Below are positions 19,588-30,900 of a DNA stretch of 64,000 nt, piece after piece. The notes beneath the pieces were generated by a model. It had not been told where the DNA came from. It was given only the letters and a program-made list of their open reading frames with translations, and made no database searches. The stretch is from a virus (taxonomy: Duplodnaviria; Heunggongvirae; Uroviricota; Caudoviricetes): IMG/VR virus record IMGVR_UViG_3300035502_000495. One strand, written 5' to 3'. The position numbers were made by a program, and so were the translations under genes. Each line of letters opens with the position of its first letter. Position 1 is the first letter of the stretch.

Positions 19588-20319
19588 TTAATTTTCATTA
19601 TATGTATAAAAATATTTTTCAACTTTTAATTCATCTAAATCAAATAATGCAGCAACTCCTGTTCTAAAAGAACACATATCTATATCAAATTTATGTCCTT
19701 CACAATAATTAATTACTTCTGTTTCATAATTAATCATAGGTTTATGTGAATAACGAGCTATAATGTTTAATTCATTTCCAAGATAGCCTACTGGAGTATG
19801 ACCATGAACTATATAAGTATTATTATCAAAATTCCACCCTTCATATATGTGGCTTCTATCCCATAAATATGGATTTTGTTTTCCTTGTAGATAATAATTC
19901 CAAGGAGTATATCCTTGTCCCTGATTTTCACAGTAGCCAGAATGGGTAAGGATAATTTCTTGTCCTTTTGTATTTATATATGTTTTCTTAATAGGAAGGT
20001 CAGATATTGCTATTGTAATATTATCTTGTTCTTCTGGTGATAGTTTATTAAAATCATCTATAGTATTTTTCCCACCATTATACATCCATAATGACATATC
20101 TTGCCAAGCAATAAATTCTTCATGGTTTCCTTGAAGATAAATTACTCTAGGGTCTGATAATAATTCTTTGATAATCTTTATTCCATCTGGACCTCTATCT
20201 GCGGCGTCACCTAAGAAATAAATAGTATCTGTATCATCACAATAATCTCTAATTTGTTTCCATAGGTCATACATTCCATGAAGGTCAGATACTGCATAGT
20301 GCTTGTTCATATTTATCAA
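19588..20319 (-). CDS. PPP-family Ser/Thr phosphatase-like metallophosphoesterase
   Basis: DLHGMYD, GDAADRGPDG, GNHEE, HGHT motifs. Confidence 0.7.
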   Translation of the reverse strand: MINMNKHYAVSDLHGMYDLWKQIRDYCDDTDTIYFLGDAADRGPDGIKIIKELLSDPRVIYLQGNHEEFIAWQDMSLWMYNGGKNTIDDFNKLSPEEQDNITIAISDLPIKKTYINTKGQEIILTHSGYCENQGQGYTPWNYYLQGKQNPYLWDRSHIYEGWNFDNNTYIVHGHTPVGYLGNELNIIARYSHKPMINYETEVINYCEGHKFDIDMCSFRTGVAALFDLDELKVEKYFYTYNEN

Positions 20320-20331
20320 CTCCTTTTGTTT

Positions 20332-20380
20332 TATATAAATATTATATCAAAATTTTAATTAAAAATCAATAAAAGTTTGT
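20332..20380 (-). promoter_or_regulatory. representative copy of conserved ~45-nt promoter motif (about 25 copies in window)
   Basis: Minus-strand reading CTTTTATTGATTTTTAATTAAAATTTTGATATAATATTTATATAAAA: TTGATT -35, 17-18 nt, extended -10 TGATATAAT, then conserved ATTTATATAAA; followed by AAGGAG RBS and ATG at 20319. Confidence 0.65.
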
Positions 20381-20427
20381 TATTGGGCAATCTTTTTTAT
20401 TTATATTAGCATCATTTTAAAAAATAT

Positions 20428-20456
20428 TTGACAAATAAACTTTTTCGTGTTATAAT
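20428..20456 (+). promoter_or_regulatory. consensus sigma-70 promoter for DGR target gene
   Basis: TTGACA - 17 nt - TATAAT exactly, about 40 nt upstream of the AAGGAG RBS and ATG at 20498. Confidence 0.65.
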
Positions 20457-20497
20457 ATAATTATGAAAAAGAACAGAGAAGAAAAGGAGAACTTTAT

Positions 20498-22162
20498 ATG
20501 GCAGATGAAAAAGTAATTTCATCTTGGGATAGCGGAGCTAATGACACTAATAATGATACTGTTGAGAGTTTAGCTAGAAGCGTTCAAGACTTAACTGTTC
20601 AGTTAATGGAGGTATCTAAAATAGTGGACGAAAATAATAGCTTTAATAGTTATATAAGTAAATCATATGCTTTACAAAGAACAGGTAAAGTATTTACAAC
20701 TAAATTTCCAAGATATGATATTTCTACTAGTTCAACTGGTATGAAGATGGATGATAATGAAAATATGGTTTGTACACCTTCCTCTCCTTCTACAAAAAAT
20801 AGAAATGATTATGAGAGTGAACCAATGTTCAAACCTATTGAATGTAATTGGGAATTAGATGATGAAACAGGTAAAATAATAATAACAGCACTTCAAGATA
20901 GTACAGACCCAGATAATAAATTTGCTCGTGATGGTTCAAATGGACAAGTGGGTATTTTAAATATGCCTTGGTATGCAAAGACATGGGAAGATGATTACTA
21001 TTGGTATATTTCAGTTAGTGATACAGGATATGATGGCTACACATTATTACAAGAATGTTTAGACCCAAGTGGTAATAATCAAGGATTTATGGTACATAGT
21101 AAATATGCTATGGTTGATATTGATGGTAAGCCTTATAGTGCAAGTGGAAGAAAACCTCTTGCTGGAGAAAATGCAACACTTAATACTACAGTTAAACCTA
21201 ATTTTAATAATTTAGTTGCTTATTGTAGAAAACATAATAATTACTACTGTGCGGAGACTAGTGCTGATTTATTCTTTATTCAATTACAAATAATGATAAA
21301 ATATGCTACAATAAATTCACAAAGTGTGTTAGGTGGATGTACAAGTTATAATTATACCTATCAATGTAGAGAATCTACTGAGAATGAGAATTATGCAATA
21401 TTAACAACAAGTAATGCAAATAATTTAGTAGTAGGTTCATATGTTTCTATTGGTACTATAAGTGGAGATAGATATAATACTACAAATCATGATGTTGTAT
21501 GGTCAGCAAAAATTCTTAGTATTAATGCTATTGAAGGAACATCAAATAGTAGAGTAACATTAGATACTGAAGCTTTTAGTACAGATGCTACGATGTTTAT
21601 GGTAACAATGCCTTGGTGGACAGGGGCTTGTGATAATGTACTAGGAATAGATGGCTCTGCGGGTGAATCGGCTACATCACAAAAATATCCAGTATTAATT
21701 GGTGGAATTGAATGTTTCTTAGGTGGATATGAAGTATTAGGTAATGTAATCATGGATATTCAAACTGTTGAAGATGCTACAGTTCAAAGAGATGTTTATA
21801 TTTGCCATGATGCAACTAAGATAAGCACTAATGTAACTACTATGAAAGCTAATAGTAAAAAGAGTGAATTTGTTATACCTGGTTATACAAATGGATATAT
21901 TTCTAAGCATAGTATTGATTTAAATAATAGCATTATGGTTCCAACTGAATTTAGTGCAACATCAAATACAGGATTTGCAGATTATATATACTTCGACCAA
22001 GGAACATCAGGACAAAGAGAATGGTTGGGGTTTGGCGCTCTGTACTATGGTACCGGTGCTGGTGCTTGGCTTCTGGCTGCGCACCATAGTCTCGGTACCT
22101 CGCACTGGGATATCCTGTCGCGTCTAAGCCCTAATGGAATGTGTAATAGTATTAACGCATAA
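20498..22162 (+). CDS. DGR target protein (receptor-binding-like) with C-terminal variable region
   Basis: 554 aa; C-terminal ~30 codons overlap the VR; tail ...GFGALYYGTGAGAWLLAAHHSLGTSHWDILSRLSP typical of a C-type-lectin/FGE-like VR scaffold. Confidence 0.8.
   Translation: MADEKVISSWDSGANDTNNDTVESLARSVQDLTVQLMEVSKIVDENNSFNSYISKSYALQRTGKVFTTKFPRYDISTSSTGMKMDDNENMVCTPSSPSTKNRNDYESEPMFKPIECNWELDDETGKIIITALQDSTDPDNKFARDGSNGQVGILNMPWYAKTWEDDYYWYISVSDTGYDGYTLLQECLDPSGNNQGFMVHSKYAMVDIDGKPYSASGRKPLAGENATLNTTVKPNFNNLVAYCRKHNNYYCAETSADLFFIQLQIMIKYATINSQSVLGGCTSYNYTYQCRESTENENYAILTTSNANNLVVGSYVSIGTISGDRYNTTNHDVVWSAKILSINAIEGTSNSRVTLDTEAFSTDATMFMVTMPWWTGACDNVLGIDGSAGESATSQKYPVLIGGIECFLGGYEVLGNVIMDIQTVEDATVQRDVYICHDATKISTNVTTMKANSKKSEFVIPGYTNGYISKHSIDLNNSIMVPTEFSATSNTGFADYIYFDQGTSGQREWLGFGALYYGTGAGAWLLAAHHSLGTSHWDILSRLSPNGMCNSINA
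22027..22123 (+). repeat. DGR variable repeat (VR)
   Basis: 97-bp match to TR 22683-22779 with 18 mismatches, all at TR adenines (A>G x6, A>C x9, A>T x3; the last is the final mismatch at VR 22124/TR 22780); GC-rich 3' end CTCGGTACCTCGCACTGGGATATCCTGTCGCG is IMH-like. Confidence 0.85.
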
Positions 22163-22183
22163 TCAAAAGGAGAATAAGAAAGT

Positions 22184-22498
22184 ATGATGTTACAATCACC
22201 AATTAAACAAAAAGAATTTGAATATTTCAAATTGCCTGATACAGATTATGCGGATGTTATTATTTGTCGTAATGAACAGGAAATTACTGATGAAAATGGT
22301 CAGTTAATGTATCAATATGATTGTAACCAATTTAGGACAGAATTAAGTAAAGAGACAATAGAATCAAATCTTGATTTTTATTTCTCTTTTACTCCAAAAA
22401 GCGATGTAGATTATCCTAAAGAATTGGCTACATTAGAACAAAAGTTAAATGATGCTCAATTAGCATTATGTGATATATATGAATTAATAAATATATAA
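22184..22498 (+). CDS. hypothetical acidic protein between VR and TR (DGR accessory candidate, not Avd-like)
   Basis: 104-aa ORF with AGGAGA RBS; acidic, unlike basic Avd. Confidence 0.4.
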   Translation: MMLQSPIKQKEFEYFKLPDTDYADVIICRNEQEITDENGQLMYQYDCNQFRTELSKETIESNLDFYFSFTPKSDVDYPKELATLEQKLNDAQLALCDIYELINI

Positions 22499-22519
22499 AA
22501 TTAATAGAGGATTTATTAT

Positions 22520-22633
22520 ATGGATAAAATATATGCAGATTTAATTTTAAAAGGACTAAAAACCATAGACGATGTACCTGCGTCTTTAAAAGAAAAGGTT
22601 CAAAAAATATTAGATGAAAGGAATTTGAAATAA
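22520..22633 (+). CDS. small ORF (37 aa)
   Basis: ATG with GAGGA-like RBS (aatagaggatttattatATG); MDKIYADLILKGLKTIDDVPASLKEKVQKILDERNLK. Confidence 0.25.
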   Translation: MDKIYADLILKGLKTIDDVPASLKEKVQKILDERNLK

Positions 22634-22682
22634 AGTTCTAAATAATTTAATATAATAAAATATACAAGGCTTTATAATTTGC

Positions 22683-22779
22683 GGGGTTTGGCAATCTGAA
22701 CAATGGTACCAATGCTGGTGCTTGGATTCTGAATGCGAACAATAGTCTCGGTAACTCGAACTGGAATATCCTGTCACGT
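22683..22779 (+). repeat. DGR template repeat (TR)
   Basis: Non-coding copy of VR carrying adenines at every mismatch position; lies about 260 bp upstream of the RT gene. Confidence 0.85.
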
Positions 22780-23042
22780 TTTCTTTGATACACTATAATT
22801 TTAACTAGATAATTTATTTAAACTTGATAAAATTATAAAGCGCCCTAAAGAGGTCTTAGCTTAGAGTATTTTACTCAAAATTCATTTAATTTTTGATTTT
22901 TTAACTTGAAAAAGTTAAAGCATGAAAATGCAATGAAGTTAGTAAATTATAATTTAGTTTTGTATATTTTCAATAAAAAGAATATTTTACAATAACCAAA
23001 TTATTTTTGAACACTTTATATCAAATCAAAGAGGATTATTTT

Positions 23043-24248
23043 ATGCACCATTCTTATTGTAAGAATGTAAACATTTTAGATAGGGAAGGTATTTATTTTT
23101 GTATTACTCAATGTTTATCTGATAAGTGGAATAGATATGATGTTATAAATTTCATTAATGAATATCTTCCTAGTTTTAGTAAAGATGAAGTTAGAAATAT
23201 TATTAAATATAATAGAGATTTTTTAAAAGGAACCTTATATACAATCGCGGATGTCCTCGCTTATGAGATTAAGACGCGGACGGTACATTTTAAACCTATT
23301 AAATATAAAGAGAAATATGATAGCAATTCTAAGAAAACTAGAGAAATAGGTGTCCAATCTATTAAACATCAATTATATGATTATATTGCAGTTTATTATG
23401 CAAGAGAAGTATGGGAGAAAAAGATTGGAGACTATCAATGTGCTTCAATGCCTGGTCGAGGTCAGGTATTTGGTAAAAAATTAATAGAAAATTGTATTAG
23501 AACTTTTCCTAAAAAGACGAGATTTGCAGTTAAAGGAGATATTAGAAAATGTTATCCTTCAATTAATACTAGAAGATTGAAAAAGTTATTAAAGAAAGAT
23601 ATAGATAATGAAGATTTACTATATCTTATTTTTTATTTAATAGACTCTTTTAAACAAGGATTGTCGATAGGTTCTTTTCTTAGTCAATATTTATGCAATT
23701 ATTACTTATCATTTGCTTATCATTATATAGAAACAAATTTAAGTCGTAATTATTATTTTATGTTATTTTATATGGATGACTTTATTCTTATAGCAGAAAA
23801 TAAATCTGAATTAGCTACGGCGATGATTAAGATAGTTCAATATTTTAAAGAGTATTTAGACTTAGAAGTTAAAAATACTTGGCAAATATTTCCAATAGAT
23901 TATTTTAGTAAAGATGGTAAAAGACGCGGTCGCGCAATAGATATGATGGGATATGTAATTTATAAAACTCATACAGAAGTTAGACCATGTATCTTTTTAA
24001 AGGCTAGACGATTATATATTTATACTTATATACATTACGGGCAATTTAATAAGAGAATACCAGAGAAATTAGCACATCAATGCATTTCTTATTATGGTTG
24101 GTTTGTAAATTCTAATTCAGAATGGTTTATTAGAGAATATAATGTAAAGAAATTAGTTCATATGTCTGAAGTTGCGGTATCTTATTATTCAAAGCAAAAA
24201 AATAATAGAGAATCTTTAAAACGAGATTCTCTATTTTTTTTATTCTGA
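23043..24248 (+). CDS. DGR reverse transcriptase
   Basis: FYMDDFILIAENKSELA (YMDD box), upstream QGLSIGSFLSQYLCNYYL finger/palm motifs; AGAGGA RBS before ATG 23043 (ORF track 23007 uses a TTG). Confidence 0.85.
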   Translation: MHHSYCKNVNILDREGIYFCITQCLSDKWNRYDVINFINEYLPSFSKDEVRNIIKYNRDFLKGTLYTIADVLAYEIKTRTVHFKPIKYKEKYDSNSKKTREIGVQSIKHQLYDYIAVYYAREVWEKKIGDYQCASMPGRGQVFGKKLIENCIRTFPKKTRFAVKGDIRKCYPSINTRRLKKLLKKDIDNEDLLYLIFYLIDSFKQGLSIGSFLSQYLCNYYLSFAYHYIETNLSRNYYFMLFYMDDFILIAENKSELATAMIKIVQYFKEYLDLEVKNTWQIFPIDYFSKDGKRRGRAIDMMGYVIYKTHTEVRPCIFLKARRLYIYTYIHYGQFNKRIPEKLAHQCISYYGWFVNSNSEWFIREYNVKKLVHMSEVAVSYYSKQKNNRESLKRDSLFFLF

Positions 24249-24379
24249 AACTAAATATTCATATCCTTGTTTTATTAAAATTTTTTTTACTTGTTCTTTT
24301 AATAAACGAGGAACATCATTAAAAGATTTAATACCTTTTATAACTTGCTCTGCCCATAGTTTACTCATTTCCGCACCTC

Positions 24380-24853
24380 TTATTCATAAACCAATTCACT
24401 CATTTCTAAAAGACAATTAGTAAGTTCTTGATTTCTAGCAATCAATTCTTCAATTGAAGTTTGCATTTCTGAATTAATTTGTTTTAATTCTTTATTAGTA
24501 TTTTCCATTTCTAAAACAGTTTTTCTTAATTGACTAACTTCAGCTCTTTCAGAAGTAGAATAATTATAAATTTCTTCCATATTTTGAGTATGATATTTTT
24601 TAACTGCGGCAACACTTGATATATCTTGCTGTGAGAACATTTTTTCTTTTAATGAAAGATATTCATATTCTGAAATTCCTAATAATACATACTCACTTAA
24701 ATCATAACAGACTTCCCCATCAGATGAAAGAACCTGAGTAGCTTCACTTTTATCGCATAATAATTTTAAATTATATTGTTCTTGAAGTTTAACATAGGAT
24801 GGGTCTTTTAGCAAATCAATGACTGTATTATTCTTAACTACTTTATACCACAT
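24380..24853 (-). CDS. hypothetical protein with C-terminal coiled coil
   Basis: 157 aa; last gene of structural block. Confidence 0.35.
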   Translation of the reverse strand: MWYKVVKNNTVIDLLKDPSYVKLQEQYNLKLLCDKSEATQVLSSDGEVCYDLSEYVLLGISEYEYLSLKEKMFSQQDISSVAAVKKYHTQNMEEIYNYSTSERAEVSQLRKTVLEMENTNKELKQINSEMQTSIEELIARNQELTNCLLEMSELVYE

Positions 24854-24909
24854 TATAATTCTCCTATTTTATATTAAAGGGTGCTTTTTAAAAAAACACC
24901 CTTTATTTT

Positions 24910-27900
24910 TTATTCTGTTGCAGACATTTCAATAGCAAAAGCACATGGAAAATATGAATAAGCTGGATAGCCTTGATTCCATTTACCATTCTTATCTACT
25001 GCACCAAAGCCGTTAGCATAATCAACATAAGTTGAACCTAACCAGTAGAACTCATTCTTTGGATTTAATGCTGTCTCTGGACGATGGCGGACACGAGAAT
25101 CATTTCCAGTAAATACTGAGAATGTAGAACCTTCTTTAGCATACACTGGATATTTATCTACGTCTGCGGCAATTGAAGTGACTTCCGCATTGTTTAAAAT
25201 CCATATTTTATCTTCTGTAGTTATAAATATATCTTCATCATTCATAGCTTTTAATTCTGCGGTTGAAGTTCCATCATCGCCATCATAGGTAATTTCTATA
25301 TCTGTATAATTACCTATAGAATTTACTCTCTTCTTTGGTGTTACTAAAGCTTGCATTAATCCTGGAAGCGAGTTATAAAACTCATCATTCGCGCGTTCAC
25401 GAAGTTCACTATAGAACCATCCGCCATTATTCCAAGATTCGCCTTTTAAGAATGTCTCAATTTTAACGACGCTTGAGTTAGATACTGGAATCCTTATAGA
25501 TACGTTTCCGCTTAATTCAGTAAAGCCAGCTTCATTGTATATTAATTCTCCATCAGTACTCTCAAACTCGATTCCGCTTGGTAAAGTTGCTCCCTTAGTA
25601 AAATCATAAGTTTTAGTTTGTCCACCTGTAGTAACTGTAATAGTTGTTAATAAAGGACGTCCTAATCTATCTATTGAATTAAATTGAGGAGCTAAAACTA
25701 TATAATCACTGTTTCCTGTGTATTCATATGTAAAGGTATCGCTATCTGCGTCAATTCCATTAATAGTATAGCAATAAGATTTTCTCTTTTGAGAGTTCAT
25801 CTGATATGCTTGAACTGAAGTATACGCTGGAAGTAAATCAATACCTTTTTGATTATCCATACTTATTAAAGTCCATAACGTACTTTCTTTTGTATTTAAT
25901 ATAGCACTCTTAGATTGTCCAAGAGTCCACCAATCAGATAAGTTTAATTTACCTGCGGTTGCCGCGTTTAGAACTGCATTAATTTCACCCCATGAGCAAC
26001 TTTGGAACTCTTTTTTACTTGCTGGTAATGTTACTTTAGAAGTAACTGCAAAACATAATGTTGTACCTATTATATTTTGTATAGTTAAAGTTTCATTAGT
26101 ATCTAATTCTTCAAAGTTAGGAGGAATAATTGTGCTTTCATCTCTCCAACCATCTGTTTTAACTACAGTCCATCCGCCTTTTAACCAAGTACCAGATTCA
26201 TCTTCCAATGGGTCAGGTATAGTATTCATATCGACATCTCCGCCATAACTAATTGCAGTTGTATTTTTACCTTCCTCATCTCCAGTAATACTGTAGTAAG
26301 GGGTATAAGCACTTGGGTTAGCCGCAAATGTTTCATAATCTTCTTTAAAGAAGTAAACATTGTAATGTCTTGCTACTGCGTCATAAGTTGCGGTTAATAT
26401 TCTATCCTCAGTAACATTCATATAACTATTACTCCAAGAATTATAATAATAATTATATTTAGAGTCACTAGGTTTCTTTGGTGTATCTATTTTTATGTTA
26501 TTAGCGTCTACTGTTGTAATTGGGTCGTATCCATCTGAACCTTTAATGACTGTATATTCTGCTAAAACTGAATTATCATAATTCCTAAATGATAATGTAT
26601 AAAGTGTCTTATTAAATAAGAAACTTAAACTAGGGAATTGTTTTCTATATTCAGCTAATGTTGATTCTTTAATTGTTTCAATTTCTACTGTACCAGTTAC
26701 ATATGAATTGGTTGAAGAAGTTGCTAAAGAACCTGATTCAGTAATACCTTTACATTTCTTTAATATATCAAATGTATCAGAGCCATCTCCGCTTAATATC
26801 CAATAAATATCAAGCAATCTAACAGAAGTTAAATTGACACTATTATTAATAATATTAACTAATAATTGGTCAGCAGTTGTAGATAAATATTCTGCTGTAA
26901 TACTTGATAAACTATTATAACCTTGTAATGTTAAAGTTTTTAATTGTTGTAAGTATTGCAGTTTTAAGTTAGTTATTGTAGCTGGCAATTTCATAATTTG
27001 AATATTACTATTAGAAGCTAATGTTACAGAAGGAACATTAGTATTCTCAGCATAGAAATATTTTAATGCTGTACAACCAGAAATACCAATTGTTGTATTT
27101 AAATAAATTAATCCTGTTATATCAATTGTATTAATTAAATCAGAGTTAAATGAAATACTTGTACCTGCTTGCCAAGCTTGGTTTTGGTATCCTTCAATCT
27201 GGCTTCCCGCGATAATTCTTTGTAACTTTGATGCTCTTGATATATCTAACCAACTTAAATAGCAAGCTGATAAATCTCCAATGTCAGTCAAGAGAGAAGC
27301 ATTGTAGATATAAGTTTCAACACCACCTGAACCAGTCTCACCGAATGTTGGTGCGGTCATTGTTACAGCTTCACCACGTTTAGCTTTTATCTTTTGATAA
27401 TCACCATTACCATATTTTACTAATACATACATATCTGAATATGGAGTAATAGTTAAATCTTGGTTAGGTGGAACTATATTTGGTGAATTATATGTATCAG
27501 TTGCGGAAGGCTTGGTAATACGCATCTGAATCGCGTCTGATATTACTGTAGGTCCATTGTATTTAGAACTCATATAACGGTCTTGATAGAATAAGAACCA
27601 GTCTCTTTGAAGGTCTTTATTTCCTAACATCATTGAGATATAAGTTCTATCATTGTAATCTACATATGGATTAATATATTTCTTGAACATATCTTCAATC
27701 CATATAGCCTCCGGCCATTCGTCCTGATGAGATTTAAATTTAGCACTTAATCTCTCTGCGTTAAAAGCACCTTCACTCTCTTTAACTGTAACCATGTTAG
27801 AAATTTCAGTAGCGAAACATTTAGCTAAATTTATCCATAATACAGATTCTTCACCACCATATGATTGGCTACCATCTCTATATTCAACACCATAGCTATG

Positions 27901-30900
27901 GCTTAAACGACCGATGTTATCAATACCAAGAGCAGTATCGTTATCATAGTCATTTTTGAAGTGCCAATGAATACCATCATCTGTTGCCATGAATACGTTC
28001 TTTGCGCGGTTATCTACCATTAAATGACGTTCAGTAAATATATATAACCAAATTGCAGAATCTAAAATGAAATAATCTTCAAATTCTGCTTTGAACTTTG
28101 CTAATCTATATTCTGCGGTATCCTTGTTATAAGTTACTCCATTGTAAACTACTGGAGTAATAGAAGCATCGGTTGCCGCAGTTGTATCAGTTGATTTTAC
28201 CCAACTTACAACACGATGTAAGTTATCTATATCAGTTTGAGTATATCCTTTTTTAGGGAATCTAAATTCAAATCCATCTTCCCACTTATCATCGCTAAAA
28301 TCATCTTCTTTAAATACACAATATAAAGATTCATTAGTTAAGAACTCAACACAACATTGTTGAGGATATTTATCTCTGTTTTGTCCAAATACATCATAAT
28401 TAATTTTATCATTGTTCATATTGAACTTTCCATAAAATTGAGTTGTAGTATATTTGCTTCCGCTAGAGTCGTTATGGAATACTATAATAGGTTGACCTTC
28501 AATGGTACCACGAATCTTATTTGTATATCCTTGGTTCTTTAATTCAGTAACTAATTCACTTCTCTCTGTTTCTCTATTGTGCTTAGGTTCATATCCTTTA
28601 GCGGCTGCCGCGTCTAAAAGTTCATCAAGCTGAGGGTCTGAAACATAAGGGTCGTATAAATTATATTCATCTGTTAAAATAACGTTATTAGCGCCTTCTG
28701 ATGAAGCAACGTCCGCCTTTAAACAGAAGTAATCAACTGGAATACTATTAGATGACATAGCAAACGTTGATTCTTTTGTACCAGACTCACTATAATTAAA
28801 ACCGTCTACTTGGAAGTCTACATTTAAGTTTAATGCAGCTCTACCATAACCAGCAGATGAGGTACCTTGCATACCAATACCAACGTTATTACTTGTAAAA
28901 TTTTTTTTACTATTATCTGGGTCATAGTACGCAATTGTTCCTTTAATAGGAGGATTTGCTCTATCTTTTATTTTAACTTGAGGGAAAATATAATCATATT
29001 GACTTGCATCAGAAGTAATAATCATATATTTAGTTTTTAATTTATCTAAAACAATATTATGGTAATCATCATAAATATCATTTCTTTGGTATCTTTCTAC
29101 CATTTCATCTGAATTTGGAGCATCTAAAATAAAGTTATTTAAGATTTCATATTGATTTAAAACTTTATTATAAGTTTTAATTAAATAAATATCTAAATCA
29201 CATTCACTAGAACCTAAACTAAGTGTTTGTAAATTTTCTTGTACAAAAGTATCAGTTGCTTCATAGATTGATGCTGAACATGGGATACCTTGTAGATACC
29301 ATAAAATTAAACTATTTTGAGTAGAAGGATAAATTACTAAGTCCATTTCAATATAAGAATCTTCCTTATAAGGAACTTCCATTTGAATATCACGAGAATT
29401 AAATATACCTTTATTTGCATAAAGAGTTAATCCAATTCCTTGTCTCTTCTCACTCTCTAAATCATCATTTGTATTATCATAACAATCAATTATTTTTGTA
29501 TCATAGTTAATACTATTTTTACATCTAAAAATAATCTTAATTGATTTACCAGTATTTTTAAAATCAGTTGAGAATAATTTTAAAGGAATAGTAACTTTTT
29601 CACTACTAGCCTTAATTCTCATAACTGAGTTTCCATCGCTATCAACCTGCCAGCCGCCATTAACCCAGTCAAAAGTACTTGGGAAAGATGCTTTATAAGT
29701 GCCTCCTTCCGCAGTTGATGATTGCCATACATTATAATTACTTTGTGAATTACTTCTACCTGTTGTTGTAAATTCTGCCTCTAAACTATTTGTAATTGGG
29801 GAAGCACTAATATCAAGAGGTTCAACAGATAAATTAAATTCTCTATATCTAGTTCCAACATAAATTCTTAATCTGTAATCGTCTGTTGTAGTAAATTTTA
29901 AAGTCCAATATTGTAAAGTTCTATCAGGATTAATAGATGAATTAATAGTAAATTCTTCTGTATTTTTATTAAATGCTTCTAGTCTACAGTTTCTACTAGT
30001 TGAGCTTGTGCTAGAAGTATAAGTTGGGTCCCAAATTAAATATGGGATAGTAACGTTATCATATTGCTTTACTGTTGTTTCATTAAAAGAAGAAGCTATA
30101 ATTGGAGTAGAACTACTTTTATTAACAAAGATAATTTCATAATATAATACATTGCTTGTTAATTCTGTTCCATTTACTGTTGCAGTTACATATACTGTTA
30201 AAGGATATGCGCCATGTGCTTGATAAGGAATTGTCTGTGTAGAAATACCTCCCGATGAAGTAGTTGTAACAGTTTTTATTTCTTGACCATTTAAAATAAA
30301 GTGAACAGTTTTTTCAAATGTACCGCCAGCGGTTACTGTATATGTAAAAGTTGCATCATCATAGTATGCAGTATAAGCATCAAAAGTAGATGTTAATTCA
30401 AGAGAAACAGTGGTAATAGTCCATCTTAAAGTTCTAACACTACCAGTATTATCAGTTAAGATAACTTGAACAGAATTAGTTCCTCTACCTAATAATGATG
30501 AAACATCATATTCATAATCACCTTGAGCTACATTAGTATCTTGGTCTGCGCGGACGCCATTGACATTAAGCACCATAGAGCCAGGTCCTGTAGATGAATT
30601 ATCATCTGCATAAATAGAGGACCATCTAAAAGCAATCTTTATATTAGTATCACCATAAATTGCAGTAAATGATGATTCATTGATATAAGTCATTTTAAAT
30701 GTCGTACCTGCGCTACTTCCACCGCCGCCTGTCCCAGTAATAGTAATAGTACCTAAAGGATTAGCGTCTCCTTTTTTATACCAAGCTAATTCACTTGTAG
30801 TTTCATCAAATTCAATATCTAAATCTTCTAGTGCATTTAGATTTGCTACTGTATTGGAAAGAGTCGCAAGGTCATCCGCAGATGCATAATTAGCTAAAAG

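Noticed and set aside
22184-22498. Assigning ORF 22184-22498 as the DGR Avd accessory protein
   Set aside because: Avd proteins are basic helical bundles; this ORF is strongly acidic. Left as hypothetical.
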